A stretch of 64,000 nt of DNA from Candidatus Lindowbacteria bacterium RIFCSPLOWO2_12_FULL_62_27 (GCA_001784175.1 MFPR01000003.1:1-64000); one strand, 5' to 3'. Counted from the first letter of the stretch, positions 1 through 9,577 are shown. Notes: generated by a model from the letters alone, not told the origin. Translations and numbers: made by a program.

Positions 1-89
1 TTCATCAGCATGACCTCCTGTTTTTTGGTGTTGTCCTTCGTCAGTCAACACCTTAGCGAGGTCATGCATCATTTTTCAACTAATTTTAG

Positions 90-401
90 GACAAACTCAA
101 ATCAGGATTTGATGTTTCAACCGTATATGATGAGGGGTTGTCCGGAAAATTGGACGAAGACCTCTGGCCCATAGTCCAAAAAGAAAATCGATTTTTGATT
201 ACGGCAGATAAAGAATTTGGAGATATTCGAAAATATCCGCCGGGGACACACGCCGGTGTATTGATGCTACGTCCTGACAATGAAAGTATCCAAAACTATT
301 TGAGGCTATTGGAATCCGTTCTGAAAGAATCTCTATTGGAAAATCTTTCTAAGAAAACTGCTGTGGTAACAAACAGAGGTTTGAGGGTACGGACATCATG
401 A
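90..401 (+). pseudogene. 5'-truncated DUF5615 (PIN-like, Mut7-C-type) toxin
   Basis: The frame reads GFDVSTVYDEGLSGKLDEDLW...LITADKEFGDI..YPPGTHAGVLMLR, typical of the family. An in-frame TAG at 87-89 removes the usual N-terminal DEN motif. Confidence 0.65.
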
Positions 402-512
402 GAAACCGGCCCGCTCCGGCCATCGTGGCCTACGCGGGGGCGGCTGACACGGCACTCACGGCGGTCGGGATCAGGCAACTTCTGTCGGAGGCACTCGTTA
501 CACAGCATTAAA

Positions 513-552
513 GCGGTAATAGTCCCGGACGGCGGTCCTACCGAGCTTGAAT
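513..552. repeat. Direct repeat (37/40) of the amylase 3' end at 1158-1197
   Basis: gcggtaatagtcccggacggcggtcctaccgagcttgaat vs gcggtaatagtcctgcacggcggtccttccgagcttgaat. Confidence 0.9.
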
Positions 553-576
553 GGGGGGGCGGGGCCGTGGGGGGGC

Positions 577-645
577 GGGGCCGGGTATTGACTATCGTGA
601 CTTATTTAATTTGAGCAAAAGTCAATTAAGTCAATACCCGTCCCC
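577..645. repeat. Inverted-repeat element (16/17 arms) with an AT-rich centre; the left 31 bp recur at 3677-3707
   Basis: ggggccgggtattgact (577-593) and agtcaatacccgtcccc (629-645). Confidence 0.75.
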
Positions 646-716
646 CGGCTCACGGCTCACGTCCCATTGGGCCTATGCGCCCAGATATCTCAGGGTCCCT
701 TCGGCATTGACAAGTA

Positions 717-835
717 TGCAGTTCTTCGTATACATGGCCATGGCAAAACTTGAGAAGCTGGAAAAGGCGGGCCGTTACCATCGGCGGATTCTTGAGGATG
801 CCGTGAAAACCATCAAAGAAAGTGAGGTGTCGTGA
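717..835 (+). pseudogene. Probable C-terminal remnant of a PIN-type toxin partner of the UPF0175 gene
   Basis: AKLEKLEKAGRYHRRILEDA resembles the C-termini of such PIN proteins, and its stop abuts the ATG at 836. Confidence 0.3.
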
Positions 836-1135
836 ATGCCGCAGCATGTCATGAGTATTCGATTCAGTCCTGAGGAATTCAAAAAGATACGGCTGGCCGC
901 CGAACGGGAGGAAAAGGAAAAATCCCGAATGGCCCGGGAACTCATGCTGGATGGCCTGAAGTTCAAGATGCTTCTCGCCTACCGGGAGGGAAACGCCTCG
1001 CTCACGACGCTCGGCCAAACCCTCGGCATGTGTCTCAGCGAAACCATCGATTTTCTGGCCCTCTTCGGCATCCCCGCGCCCATCAGCTATGACGACCACC
1101 TTCAGGCGCTGGAAACCGCCCGGCGGTGTCTGTAA
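836..1135 (+). CDS. UPF0175-family predicted HTH antitoxin
   Basis: 99 aa with an RHH-like N-terminus and AYREGNASLTTLGQTLGM..IDFL..FGIP; SD GAGGTG upstream. Confidence 0.7.
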   Translation: MPQHVMSIRFSPEEFKKIRLAAEREEKEKSRMARELMLDGLKFKMLLAYREGNASLTTLGQTLGMCLSETIDFLALFGIPAPISYDDHLQALETARRCL

Positions 1136-2921
1136 CCGGTTTGCGCCTTTGCGACCGGCGGTAATAGTCCTGCACGGCGGTCCTTCCGAGCTTGAATTGC
1201 ATGAAACAATCACGCGCCGCCCGCAGGAAACTCGCGATCGCCGGTGTGTGAAGGGTCCGGTTCAGAATGCATTCGGCCGGCAGTCTGAAGAGCGTGGCCG
1301 GCAGGCAGGCTTCGATTCTCGGGGTGTCCTTCGATGCGTAAATTTTTGCGCTCAGGCTGGAGACGGAAATGCTGATCTGGTTGGTCTCCGCCACGTTATT
1401 TCCGGTCAGGACCGTGTCGGCGACATCGAACAGGTTGTACAAGGTTGTCCCGCCCGGATAGGATGTCGAGATACCGGAATCACCGGATTTGGTTGATGAC
1501 GCGGTATTGAGCACGATCAACAACTCCGCGTCCGTGTCTTTGCGGCTGTAAGCGTAAATCCCGCTTCCGGCTGAATCGGTCCGCCGTTCGATCTGGTCGC
1601 CCCGCCGGAGCGCGGACCATTGCCGCCGGAGGGACGCGAGCTGCTGAGTATGGCAAAACAATTCGTGAGACTGATTGAAGTTGTCTCCATCGGATGGTCC
1701 GAAATCCCATGATCCGTCCCACATGTCCTCGCGATTATAGGGGTCGCTCCCGCCATCGAATCCCTGTTCGGTGCCGTAATAGAGCACAGGAACGCCGGCG
1801 GATGTCAGGAGAAACGTCACCGCGAGTTTCAAGTTGGAATGGTACGCGGCGGCGTTGCCGGCCGGGAGGAAGCGGGCCATGTCGTGGTTGTCGAGAAACG
1901 TGACCAGGCGGTCTCTGCTCGAAGTGTCGTAGAGCGACAGATTCCTGTAGGTGGCACTGATTTCGCTTGTGGCGGCGCTCTCTTTGAACACCCGTTTGAC
2001 CGTGTTCTGCATCGGAAAGTGGAGCATCGAATCGAACACAAACGTGTCGCCGGATACCTTTCCCGTATAGGATCCGATCTTTGTGTCATCATACTCGAAA
2101 TCCTCTCCAAACAGGAAAAACCGGGCCTTGCCGGCGGTCTGGGCCGCCTGGCGGAGGGCGGGGCAGAAGAACTGCCAGAACCCGTATTCGGCGTGTTTGA
2201 CCGTGTCGATGCGAAATCCGTCGGCGTCCGATTCCTGCATCCACCACGCATGCACCTGCAACAGCGCGTTGCGGACGGTCGAGGACTCCGTTTTCAGGTC
2301 ATCGAGTCCGGACAGTTCCCCGAAGATGAGCTGGCCGCTGTCACTGAAATTCTGAATGCCGCCGTGCGCGTGATAGAAATTCAGATTCGCGAACGTGTCG
2401 GGCTGATGCTGGTTGCCGGAATTATGATACTGGAGCGCATACGTGGCCGGGTATTGAAATGTGTACGTCCCGGCCGTGGTGCCGATGAGATCGGCCGTGT
2501 GATTGGCGACGATATCGAGAATCAGAACCATACTGCGGGCGTGCAAATCCGCCGACAGGTCCTTCAGATCCTGCAGGGTCCCCAGTTTGGGATCGATCGA
2601 CAGAAAGTCCTGCGCCGCATACCCATGATAGGCCTTGTAATTCTTGACGACCGGCGTGATCCAGACGCCGGTCGCGCCGAGCGCCTGAATATAGTCCAGT
2701 TGATTGCGGATGCCCTTGAGATCCCCGCCGTGAATTCCGGACCCGTTGGTCGGCTCGTAGGTCCCATTGGATTCATTGTTCGACGGATCCCCGTCGGAGA
2801 ACCGATCGGTCACGATGAAATAGATGAATTGGTCCCTCCAGTCCGCAGGCGAAGCTTGAAGGGCGGTTGACGCAGCCGAGGATCCGATCATAAAACACAG
2901 GCAAAGAATCAAATGGACCAT
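1083..2921 (-). CDS. Secreted GH13 alpha-amylase family glycosidase with a CFI-box-CTERM-like tail
   Basis: Motifs IYFIVTDRFSDGD, HGGDLKG, YHGY, DGFRIDTVKH, FGED, FLDNHD. Signal peptide from ATG 2921 (the ORF is open to 2990). Confidence 0.9.
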   Translation of the reverse strand: MVHLILCLCFMIGSSAASTALQASPADWRDQFIYFIVTDRFSDGDPSNNESNGTYEPTNGSGIHGGDLKGIRNQLDYIQALGATGVWITPVVKNYKAYHGYAAQDFLSIDPKLGTLQDLKDLSADLHARSMVLILDIVANHTADLIGTTAGTYTFQYPATYALQYHNSGNQHQPDTFANLNFYHAHGGIQNFSDSGQLIFGELSGLDDLKTESSTVRNALLQVHAWWMQESDADGFRIDTVKHAEYGFWQFFCPALRQAAQTAGKARFFLFGEDFEYDDTKIGSYTGKVSGDTFVFDSMLHFPMQNTVKRVFKESAATSEISATYRNLSLYDTSSRDRLVTFLDNHDMARFLPAGNAAAYHSNLKLAVTFLLTSAGVPVLYYGTEQGFDGGSDPYNREDMWDGSWDFGPSDGDNFNQSHELFCHTQQLASLRRQWSALRRGDQIERRTDSAGSGIYAYSRKDTDAELLIVLNTASSTKSGDSGISTSYPGGTTLYNLFDVADTVLTGNNVAETNQISISVSSLSAKIYASKDTPRIEACLPATLFRLPAECILNRTLHTPAIASFLRAARDCFMQFKLGRTAVQDYYRRSQRRKPVTDTAGRFPAPEGGRHS

Positions 2922-2983
2922 ACGCTGAAGGGCAGCATACCTTATTCGGGGCGCCCGGGGGCCGGGTTCATGGCCGAAAGCGT

Positions 2984-3018
2984 TTGACATGATCCAATTT
3001 ATAGTCTATTATTTGACC
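2984..3018 (+). promoter_or_regulatory. Sigma70-type promoter, probably giving a leaderless phd-vapC transcript
   Basis: TTGACA(2984)-17 nt-TATTAT(3007)-6 nt-ATG(3019). Confidence 0.65.
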
Positions 3019-3261
3019 ATGAAGATGATCAACATTGCCGAGTTCAAAACGCATGCGAGCAAGTATCTCGCGGCGGTTGAAAGGGGCGAGGAGGTTCTGA
3101 TCGCGAAACGGAACGTGCCGATCGCCAGGATTGTTCCCAACGGCCGGCCGGCGCATCGGAACCGTCCCAAGCCCGGGCTCATGGCCGGCACCGTTCGGAT
3201 TCGCGGGGACATCGTTTCGCCTGCCATCGACCTGTCCGAGTGGGACGTCATGAAGTCGTGA
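3019..3261 (+). CDS. Phd/YefM-family antitoxin
   Basis: MINIAEFKTHASKYLAAVERGEEVLIAKRNVPIARIVP. Confidence 0.9.
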   Translation: MKMINIAEFKTHASKYLAAVERGEEVLIAKRNVPIARIVPNGRPAHRNRPKPGLMAGTVRIRGDIVSPAIDLSEWDVMKS

Positions 3262-3659
3262 CACGGGGTGCGCTACTCGACACGTGTGTCGTGATCTGGT
3301 GGGCAAACGGCAACACCCGAAAAATTTCAGTGGCCGCCGACCGGCTGCTGCGCAGTCCGGACACCGTCGTTTCGCTCGCCGCTTTCAGCATCGTGGAAAT
3401 AGCCGTATTGACGGAACGAAAACGGCTTACCTTGGACAAACATTGGAAACTCTGGGTCCGGCAGACCGTTTCCGTCTACGGATGGAGCGTCCTGCCGGCA
3501 ACGTGGGAGGTCATGGAGGAGGCATACAGTTTGCCAGGCGAGATGCACGGCGATCCCGCCGACCGGATTTTAGTTGCGACCGCGCGATTGAACGGTTTGA
3601 CTCTGGTGACCCCGGACGAAAAACTCCTCAATTATCCGCATGTCGAAACGCTCTGGTGA
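3258..3659 (+). CDS. vapC: VapC (PIN-domain) toxin
   Basis: LLDTC, SIVEI, HGDPADRILVATA, LVTPD; GTGA overlap with the antitoxin stop. Confidence 0.9.
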   Translation: MTRGALLDTCVVIWWANGNTRKISVAADRLLRSPDTVVSLAAFSIVEIAVLTERKRLTLDKHWKLWVRQTVSVYGWSVLPATWEVMEEAYSLPGEMHGDPADRILVATARLNGLTLVTPDEKLLNYPHVETLW

Positions 3660-3666
3660 GGCCAGT

Positions 3667-6453
3667 ATGACCAGGTGGGGCCGGGTATTGACTTTATTGA
3701 CTTATTTCGTCGTCGCGAATGTCGCCGTTGCCGTCGAATTCAAAGTCCATTACCACCGCCCCGAGGCCGACTACGAGGGCTGGGCGCTCTGGAGCTGGAA
3801 CCCGGACACGCAGAAGAGTCAGGAAGTTTTGGCCGAGGCGGACACGGATGAGTTCGGGGCGGTGTATCGCATCGAGACCGATCCGTACGGCGACCTCGGC
3901 AAGATCGGGTTTCTCCCCAAGTTGCGGAACTGGGAGCAGAAAGACGGGCCGGACCGGTTCTGGACGCAGGACCTGGGGCAGGCGGTCTATATCGTCGCGG
4001 CCGACAAGAATCTCTATCAGAGCCCGCCGCCGCTTGTCCTTCGCGTGATTCAGGCCCACGTCGATGCGCCGGACCGGATGCGGATTGTGCTTTCGAAGAG
4101 CGTTCCGGAAGACAGCCTGAAAGCGGACCGCGTGGTTGTCTGGGATGGGCACGGCGGCGAGTTTCGCGCCAAATCCGTCAGCGCCGCCGGGTGGATACAA
4201 AAGCGGGTGAACATGCTCGACGCCGTCCTGGACGGGAACTTTCCGATCGAGTGCCTGTCCGAGGGCCGCGTGATGTACGGTGACTACCGTCCCGGCCCGC
4301 TGATCCCCGGAAAAATTCTGGATGATCCTTCATTCTATTCCGACGTTGAACTGGGCGCGATCTGGTCGGACGCGCGTACGGTTTTCCGGACATTCGCGCC
4401 GACGGCGCTCGAAGTGTCGGTGCGTCTGTATGAAGCGCCCACGGGCGGGGCGCCGAAGGAGTTCGCGATGGAGCGGATCGGCCACGGGATCTGGGAGGCG
4501 TCGGTCGAAGGGGATATGCGGAACGTATATTACAAATTTCACACGCGTCTTTCGGACGGCGAATTCGAAGTGGTCGACCCGTATTCGCGCAGCAACACCG
4601 CGCACAACGGCCGGTGCATGGTCGTGGCCGACGCGACGCCGGTCGCGCCGCCGCCGGCCTTCGCGCCGGAGGACGCCATCATCTACGAGCTTCACATCAG
4701 AGACTTCACGATCGACCCGGCCGCCGGCGTTTCCACGCAGCATCGCGGGAAATACCTGGGTCTGACCGAGGAGGGCACGCGGTTCTCGGAGGACCGGACG
4801 ATCCGGACTGCGCTTGACCATCTGAAGGAACTCGGCGTGAACGTCGTGCAGATCCTGCCGTTCCAGGACTTCGACAACAACGAGTCGTCGGAGGCCTACA
4901 ACTGGGGCTACATGCCCTACCATTTCAATTCGCCGGACGGCTGGTTCGCCACGCGCCGGGACGACGCGACGCGTGTGCGCGAGGTCAAGCGGATGGTCGG
5001 CGCGCTGCACCGCGCCGGCATCAAAGTCGTGATGGACGTCGTCTACAACCACACCGCCGAAGGCAGTCCGCAGGTGCGGATGAGTTTCAACGGCCTCGCG
5101 CCGAATTATTACTACCGCACCCGGCCGGACGGCTCGTATTGGAACGGGTCCGGCACCGGAAACGAATTTCGCTCCGAGGCGCCCATGGTCCGCAAGTACA
5201 TCGTCGACTCGCTGACCTACTGGGTGCGGGAATACGACATCGACGGATTCCGGTTTGACCTGATGGGACTCATTGATCTTGAGACCTGCAAGCAGGTCGT
5301 CGCGGAGGTCCGAAAGATCAAACCCGACGCGCTGATTTACGGCGAGCCTTGGGCCGCCGGGGAGACGCCGATCGACAAAACCGAAAAGGGTGATCAGCGG
5401 GGGCTGGGGTTCGGTGTGTTCAACGACCATTTCCGCGACGGCATTCGCGGCAGCACCTTCAACAAGAATCCGGGGTTCGCGCAGGGCTGGCCGGAAAACC
5501 AGCGCATCAAGAAAGGCGTGAAGGGCAGTATCACCGACTTCACGAAGGCGCCGATCGAAACGATCAATTACTGCGAGGCCCACGACAACCATACGTTCTG
5601 GGACCGGCTCCAGTTCACGACCGAACCGGCCTACGGCGTGACGCACGAGGAGAAGAAAAAAATGCAGAAACTGGCCGGCGCGCTGATCCTCACATCGCAG
5701 GGCGTGCCGTTCCTTCACGCCGGTCAGGAACTGCTCCGAACCAAGGACGGCGAGGACAACAGCTACAACAAGCCGGATGCCGTCAACCAGATTCACTGGC
5801 GCTGGAAAAAGGAGAACTGGGACGTGTTCGCGTATTACCGCGATCTCATTCACCTTCGTCGCCGCCACCCGATGTTCCGGATGAAGACCGCCGCGGAGAT
5901 CAAGGATCATTTGTTTTTGCTCGACGACGATCTCGGATACCCGGTGCCGTCCGCCGCCGTCGGATACGTTTTGAATCGCGGTACCAGCGGGGACAACTGG
6001 ACCGCGGCGGTGGTGCTGTTCAATGCCAAACCCACGCCGACCGAGTTTCAGGTTCCGGAGGCGTTCTGGACGCCGGTCGCGCTCGGCGAGCCGGATTCGC
6101 CGGTCTTTTCAAAACCCACCGGCGAGGCCGGCGTGATCCGCGTGCCGGGCCGGTCGGCGGCGATTTATTACAGCACGGACGAGACGGTGTTCGAAACCAA
6201 GATCAAGCCCCGGCTGGTGTTTCGAAAATCCAAAGTGCAAAAGTTCTCGGTCAAGGCCCCGAAAGCCGGCCGTGTCGCGGTTGCCGGGTCATTCAACGGA
6301 TGGCGCAAGGACGAACTTTTCATGGAAAAACATCCGGATGGCACTTGGACTGCCGAACTCGAGCTGGAATTCGGCGCTTACGAATTCAAGTATGTCGCCG
6401 ACGACAACTGGGAGACGCTCAACAAGGACAACCTGAAAATAGAAGTTCGCTGA
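3667..6453 (+). CDS. pulA: Secreted type I pullulanase (CBM41-like, CBM48, GH13, C-terminal glycogen-binding domain)
   Basis: Signal peptide; VHYHR..YEGWALWSW; IYELHIRDF; YNWGY; GFRFDLMG; YGEPW; EAHDN; C-terminal VAVAGSFNGW...YEFKY. Confidence 0.92.
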   Translation: MTRWGRVLTLLTYFVVANVAVAVEFKVHYHRPEADYEGWALWSWNPDTQKSQEVLAEADTDEFGAVYRIETDPYGDLGKIGFLPKLRNWEQKDGPDRFWTQDLGQAVYIVAADKNLYQSPPPLVLRVIQAHVDAPDRMRIVLSKSVPEDSLKADRVVVWDGHGGEFRAKSVSAAGWIQKRVNMLDAVLDGNFPIECLSEGRVMYGDYRPGPLIPGKILDDPSFYSDVELGAIWSDARTVFRTFAPTALEVSVRLYEAPTGGAPKEFAMERIGHGIWEASVEGDMRNVYYKFHTRLSDGEFEVVDPYSRSNTAHNGRCMVVADATPVAPPPAFAPEDAIIYELHIRDFTIDPAAGVSTQHRGKYLGLTEEGTRFSEDRTIRTALDHLKELGVNVVQILPFQDFDNNESSEAYNWGYMPYHFNSPDGWFATRRDDATRVREVKRMVGALHRAGIKVVMDVVYNHTAEGSPQVRMSFNGLAPNYYYRTRPDGSYWNGSGTGNEFRSEAPMVRKYIVDSLTYWVREYDIDGFRFDLMGLIDLETCKQVVAEVRKIKPDALIYGEPWAAGETPIDKTEKGDQRGLGFGVFNDHFRDGIRGSTFNKNPGFAQGWPENQRIKKGVKGSITDFTKAPIETINYCEAHDNHTFWDRLQFTTEPAYGVTHEEKKKMQKLAGALILTSQGVPFLHAGQELLRTKDGEDNSYNKPDAVNQIHWRWKKENWDVFAYYRDLIHLRRRHPMFRMKTAAEIKDHLFLLDDDLGYPVPSAAVGYVLNRGTSGDNWTAAVVLFNAKPTPTEFQVPEAFWTPVALGEPDSPVFSKPTGEAGVIRVPGRSAAIYYSTDETVFETKIKPRLVFRKSKVQKFSVKAPKAGRVAVAGSFNGWRKDELFMEKHPDGTWTAELELEFGAYEFKYVADDNWETLNKDNLKIEVR

Positions 6454-6455
6454 GG

Positions 6456-7415
6456 CTACATCCACACTTCCGGCCGGCCCAGCGCCATGCGGCGGCGGGC
6501 CATGCAGTAGAGGCGGATCCGGTACATGCGCCGCGCGTTTTTCAGGAGCGGCCCCAGCCCGATTTCATCCCGGCAGACCGTCCAGAGTTCACGGAATGTG
6601 AGCGTCGACCAGGAGCCGCAGAAGAGGGTGGCCAGTTCCAGCGGCGTGATGCCGGGCCTCGCTTTTTTGGCCCTCCCCATGATGTGCCGGCAGACTTCGA
6701 GGCCGAATCCGCACCGGCCGCCGAGAAGGTCCGTGTCGCTGACGCCGGGCCGCATGTCCCACACGAGGCCCTTCGCGTTCACCAGCGCGATGCGGTCGCC
6801 GGGCGCCAAAAACGGCAGCGCGGTCGCCTCCGGGAACCGGTCGTCGACAAAGGTTTCCGCCTCCAGCAGGAGTTTTTTCTCCGTGATCGTGCATCCGTGC
6901 AGGCTCCAGATGGGCGTGCTTGGAATGATGTCGAGAATTTCCTCCCGCGTCAGCGTCTTGTAGGTATCGACCTTCATCCGCCGGAGCACGGGCTGGTTGA
7001 TCTGGATGGTCGGCGCGCCGGGAATGCGGAGCGTCATGGACCCGACGGCCATGCGGATGCCCGGCGCCTCGTCGATCGGGCGCATCATACGTTCGAGATA
7101 ATCCTCGTCCTGAACGTGGTCGTTGCCGTCATGAACCATGATGTAGTCGCCCCGGCTGTCCTCGTGGAGGAGCTTGCGATACTGCGCGACGCGTTTGATG
7201 TTGGTCGCGTTGCGTTCGAATCGGATGCGGCTGTCGCGCTGCGCCCACTGGCGGACTTTGTCGGGCGTGTCATCGGTTGAAGCGTCGTCGCGGACGACGA
7301 ATTCAACGTTCCTGTATTTCTGGCGTGTGAGTTGCTCGAGACACTTGTCCACATACTCCCGGTCATTATGGACCGGGACCAGAACCGACAGGCGCGGCAT
7401 GGCGTTCACCCCCAC
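6456..7415 (-). CDS. Glycosyltransferase family 2
   Basis: LSVLVPVHN...VVRDDASTDDT. Confidence 0.85.
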   Translation of the reverse strand: MGVNAMPRLSVLVPVHNDREYVDKCLEQLTRQKYRNVEFVVRDDASTDDTPDKVRQWAQRDSRIRFERNATNIKRVAQYRKLLHEDSRGDYIMVHDGNDHVQDEDYLERMMRPIDEAPGIRMAVGSMTLRIPGAPTIQINQPVLRRMKVDTYKTLTREEILDIIPSTPIWSLHGCTITEKKLLLEAETFVDDRFPEATALPFLAPGDRIALVNAKGLVWDMRPGVSDTDLLGGRCGFGLEVCRHIMGRAKKARPGITPLELATLFCGSWSTLTFRELWTVCRDEIGLGPLLKNARRMYRIRLYCMARRRMALGRPEVWM

Positions 7416-7425
7416 CCCAGCGGTG

Positions 7426-8445
7426 CTAAAACAGCCGATCCTTCCACGTGGCCGGCGTCCGGTCGGTGATCAGTTCGAGCGGCAGGTGATACTCAAACGG
7501 TTTTGTCCCGCGCCGGCGGATCCATTCGACCATCTTGACGAGGCCGTCGTCGAGATTCGTGCTGGTGCGGTATCCAAGAAGCCGGCGCGCCTTCTCGGCC
7601 GAACAATACGCCATCTTGACTTCCATCGGCCGGTCGGCCACATAGACGGGTTTGAGATTTTTGAATCCGATGAGAACGGCGACCTTCCGCGCCAGTTCAT
7701 TGATGCTGACGCAGGTGTATTCCTCGTCCGGCCCGACGTTGATCGCCTCGCCGACGACGGAGCGGTCGAATCCCATCTTGAGGAGCGGATCGACGACGTC
7801 GTCGACGAAGGAAAACGCGCGTTTCTGCTCGCCGTCCCCGTAGATGATCGGCTGGCGGCCCTGGAGCATGAGGTTGATCATGATCGACGCGACGTTCCGG
7901 TAGGGGTCGTCGTATTTCTGGCGCGTGCCGATGATGTTGTGAGGGATCGCGTGCGTATATTCGATGCCGTGCGCCTTCGAGAGGCTCTGAATGGCCATCT
8001 CGGCCGCGTACTTGGCGATCCCGTAGGGATCGATCGGCAGGGGCGTCATGTCTTCGGTGAAGGGCAGTTTGGGCTGCTCGCCGTAGCGGGCCATGCTGGA
8101 GCAAAAGACGATGCGGCGCGCGCCGGCAAAAATGGCCGCGCTGGTCACCGCTACCGTGGAGTTATAGGTGTGCAGTGTGACGAGGTTGGGCGAGAAGACG
8201 GACAGCCCCTCGTGTGGCGACGCGGCGCAGTGGTAGACGACTTCCATTCCTTTCAGAAGCGTCTTCATCTTTTCGAAATCGCACGCGTCCGCCTCGTGGA
8301 ATTTGACGTCCGCCGGAACATTGTCCCGGTATCCGCCCAGAAAATTGTCGATCCCGACGACTTGGTGTCCCTGCCCGAGAAGCCGCTCGGAAAGGTGGCT
8401 GCCCAGAAAACCGGCGACGCCGGTTACAAAAACTTTTGCGCACAT
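7426..8445 (-). CDS. NAD-dependent nucleotide-sugar epimerase/dehydratase
   Basis: TGVAGFLG, YGIAK (YxxxK), IYGDGEQKRAF. Confidence 0.9.
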   Translation of the reverse strand: MCAKVFVTGVAGFLGSHLSERLLGQGHQVVGIDNFLGGYRDNVPADVKFHEADACDFEKMKTLLKGMEVVYHCAASPHEGLSVFSPNLVTLHTYNSTVAVTSAAIFAGARRIVFCSSMARYGEQPKLPFTEDMTPLPIDPYGIAKYAAEMAIQSLSKAHGIEYTHAIPHNIIGTRQKYDDPYRNVASIMINLMLQGRQPIIYGDGEQKRAFSFVDDVVDPLLKMGFDRSVVGEAINVGPDEEYTCVSINELARKVAVLIGFKNLKPVYVADRPMEVKMAYCSAEKARRLLGYRTSTNLDDGLVKMVEWIRRRGTKPFEYHLPLELITDRTPATWKDRLF

Positions 8446-8464
8446 TCCGGCTTGTATATATTAC

Positions 8465-9475
8465 TCACGTCTTTTTGACAACGCCCACCGCCAGTATCTC
8501 CTCGCCGCAGTCCCGGAAGAGGCAGAGCAGGTGCTCGACACAATGGAAGAGTAAACCTTCGAACGCCGTCCAGAGGCCGCTCGACACGGGGCGGTCGAGC
8601 CGGTCGTTTCGAGACAGCCACCGGCTCGCCGTCCACGCAAGCCAGGCGGACCGGGGGGTCGACCGGAGAATCCGGATCTCGAATCCGGCCGGCGCGAGAA
8701 TTTTTCGGATCGATTCTGACGAATAGATGCGCAGATGGCGGGGAACTTCGAGCGCCTGCCAGTGGCGCCGGAATATCCGGAGGCCCAGACTGTCCGCGTT
8801 GGGCGTCAGGATGTGGATTCGCCCGCCGTCTTTCAGGATGCGGCGGCATTCCGCTAGCGTGCGCGCGGGGTCTGGCAGATGTTCGATCACATGGTGCAGT
8901 GTGACGACGTCGAACGACGAGTCCTCCAGCCGCGCATCCTCCAGCGATCCCGCAAACACCGGCGCGCCGCCGGCCTCTCGGGCGAGCCGGGCCGCTTCGG
9001 GATTGAACTCCACGCCCTCGACGGTCCACCCGAGAGATTTCATGGTTGCCAGAAACTCGCCGCTCCCGCAACCGACGTCGAGGAGGCGGCCTTTCCGGCT
9101 GCCGTCCACAAACTGAACTGTGCCGCCGATCACGTCCTTGACGGGCAGGGCGGCGGAAACCAGGTGCCAGAAACAGGATTCGGCGGCGCCTGCCCGTTCC
9201 CGGTATCCGTATGCGGCGGCCAGAACGCCGCGCCGCGCGGACTGCCAGAGGCTGCGCGCGAGCGTTTGCGGTTTGGGCTGAACGGGCGCGCAATAACCGG
9301 CGTAGAGCGCCGGCAGCGATTCGGGCGCGGGCTGCGGGTCCAGCCACATCAGCCGGCATCGCGCGCATCGGAGCATGCTCCAGGTGTCGGGTGTCCCGAG
9401 GCGCCGGTCTTTCAGATTTTCAGAGAAGAGTCCGGCCGGTGAGCCGCATGACGGGCAAGACGTCGAGGCTGTCAA
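8465..9475 (-). CDS. Class I SAM-dependent methyltransferase with an N-terminal Zn-ribbon
   Basis: CPSC..CARC; LLDVGCGSG; HVIEHLPDP; PRHL. Confidence 0.88.
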   Translation of the reverse strand: MTASTSCPSCGSPAGLFSENLKDRRLGTPDTWSMLRCARCRLMWLDPQPAPESLPALYAGYCAPVQPKPQTLARSLWQSARRGVLAAAYGYRERAGAAESCFWHLVSAALPVKDVIGGTVQFVDGSRKGRLLDVGCGSGEFLATMKSLGWTVEGVEFNPEAARLAREAGGAPVFAGSLEDARLEDSSFDVVTLHHVIEHLPDPARTLAECRRILKDGGRIHILTPNADSLGLRIFRRHWQALEVPRHLRIYSSESIRKILAPAGFEIRILRSTPRSAWLAWTASRWLSRNDRLDRPVSSGLWTAFEGLLFHCVEHLLCLFRDCGEEILAVGVVKKT

Positions 9476-9502
9476 GATGAAGGGAATCCTCCTGTGAAAT
9501 GT

Positions 9503-9572
9503 TCAATATTCAATGCTCAATTCTCAATTTTCATCTTTCAAAAGTTGAGAATTGAATATTGAGCCTTGATCC
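9503..9572. repeat. Heptamer tandem repeat that inverts halfway and can form a hairpin
   Basis: Six TCAnnnn units (9503-9544), then four TTGAnnn units (9545-9572), in strict 7-bp register. Confidence 0.8.
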
Positions 9573-9577
9573 CTGAT

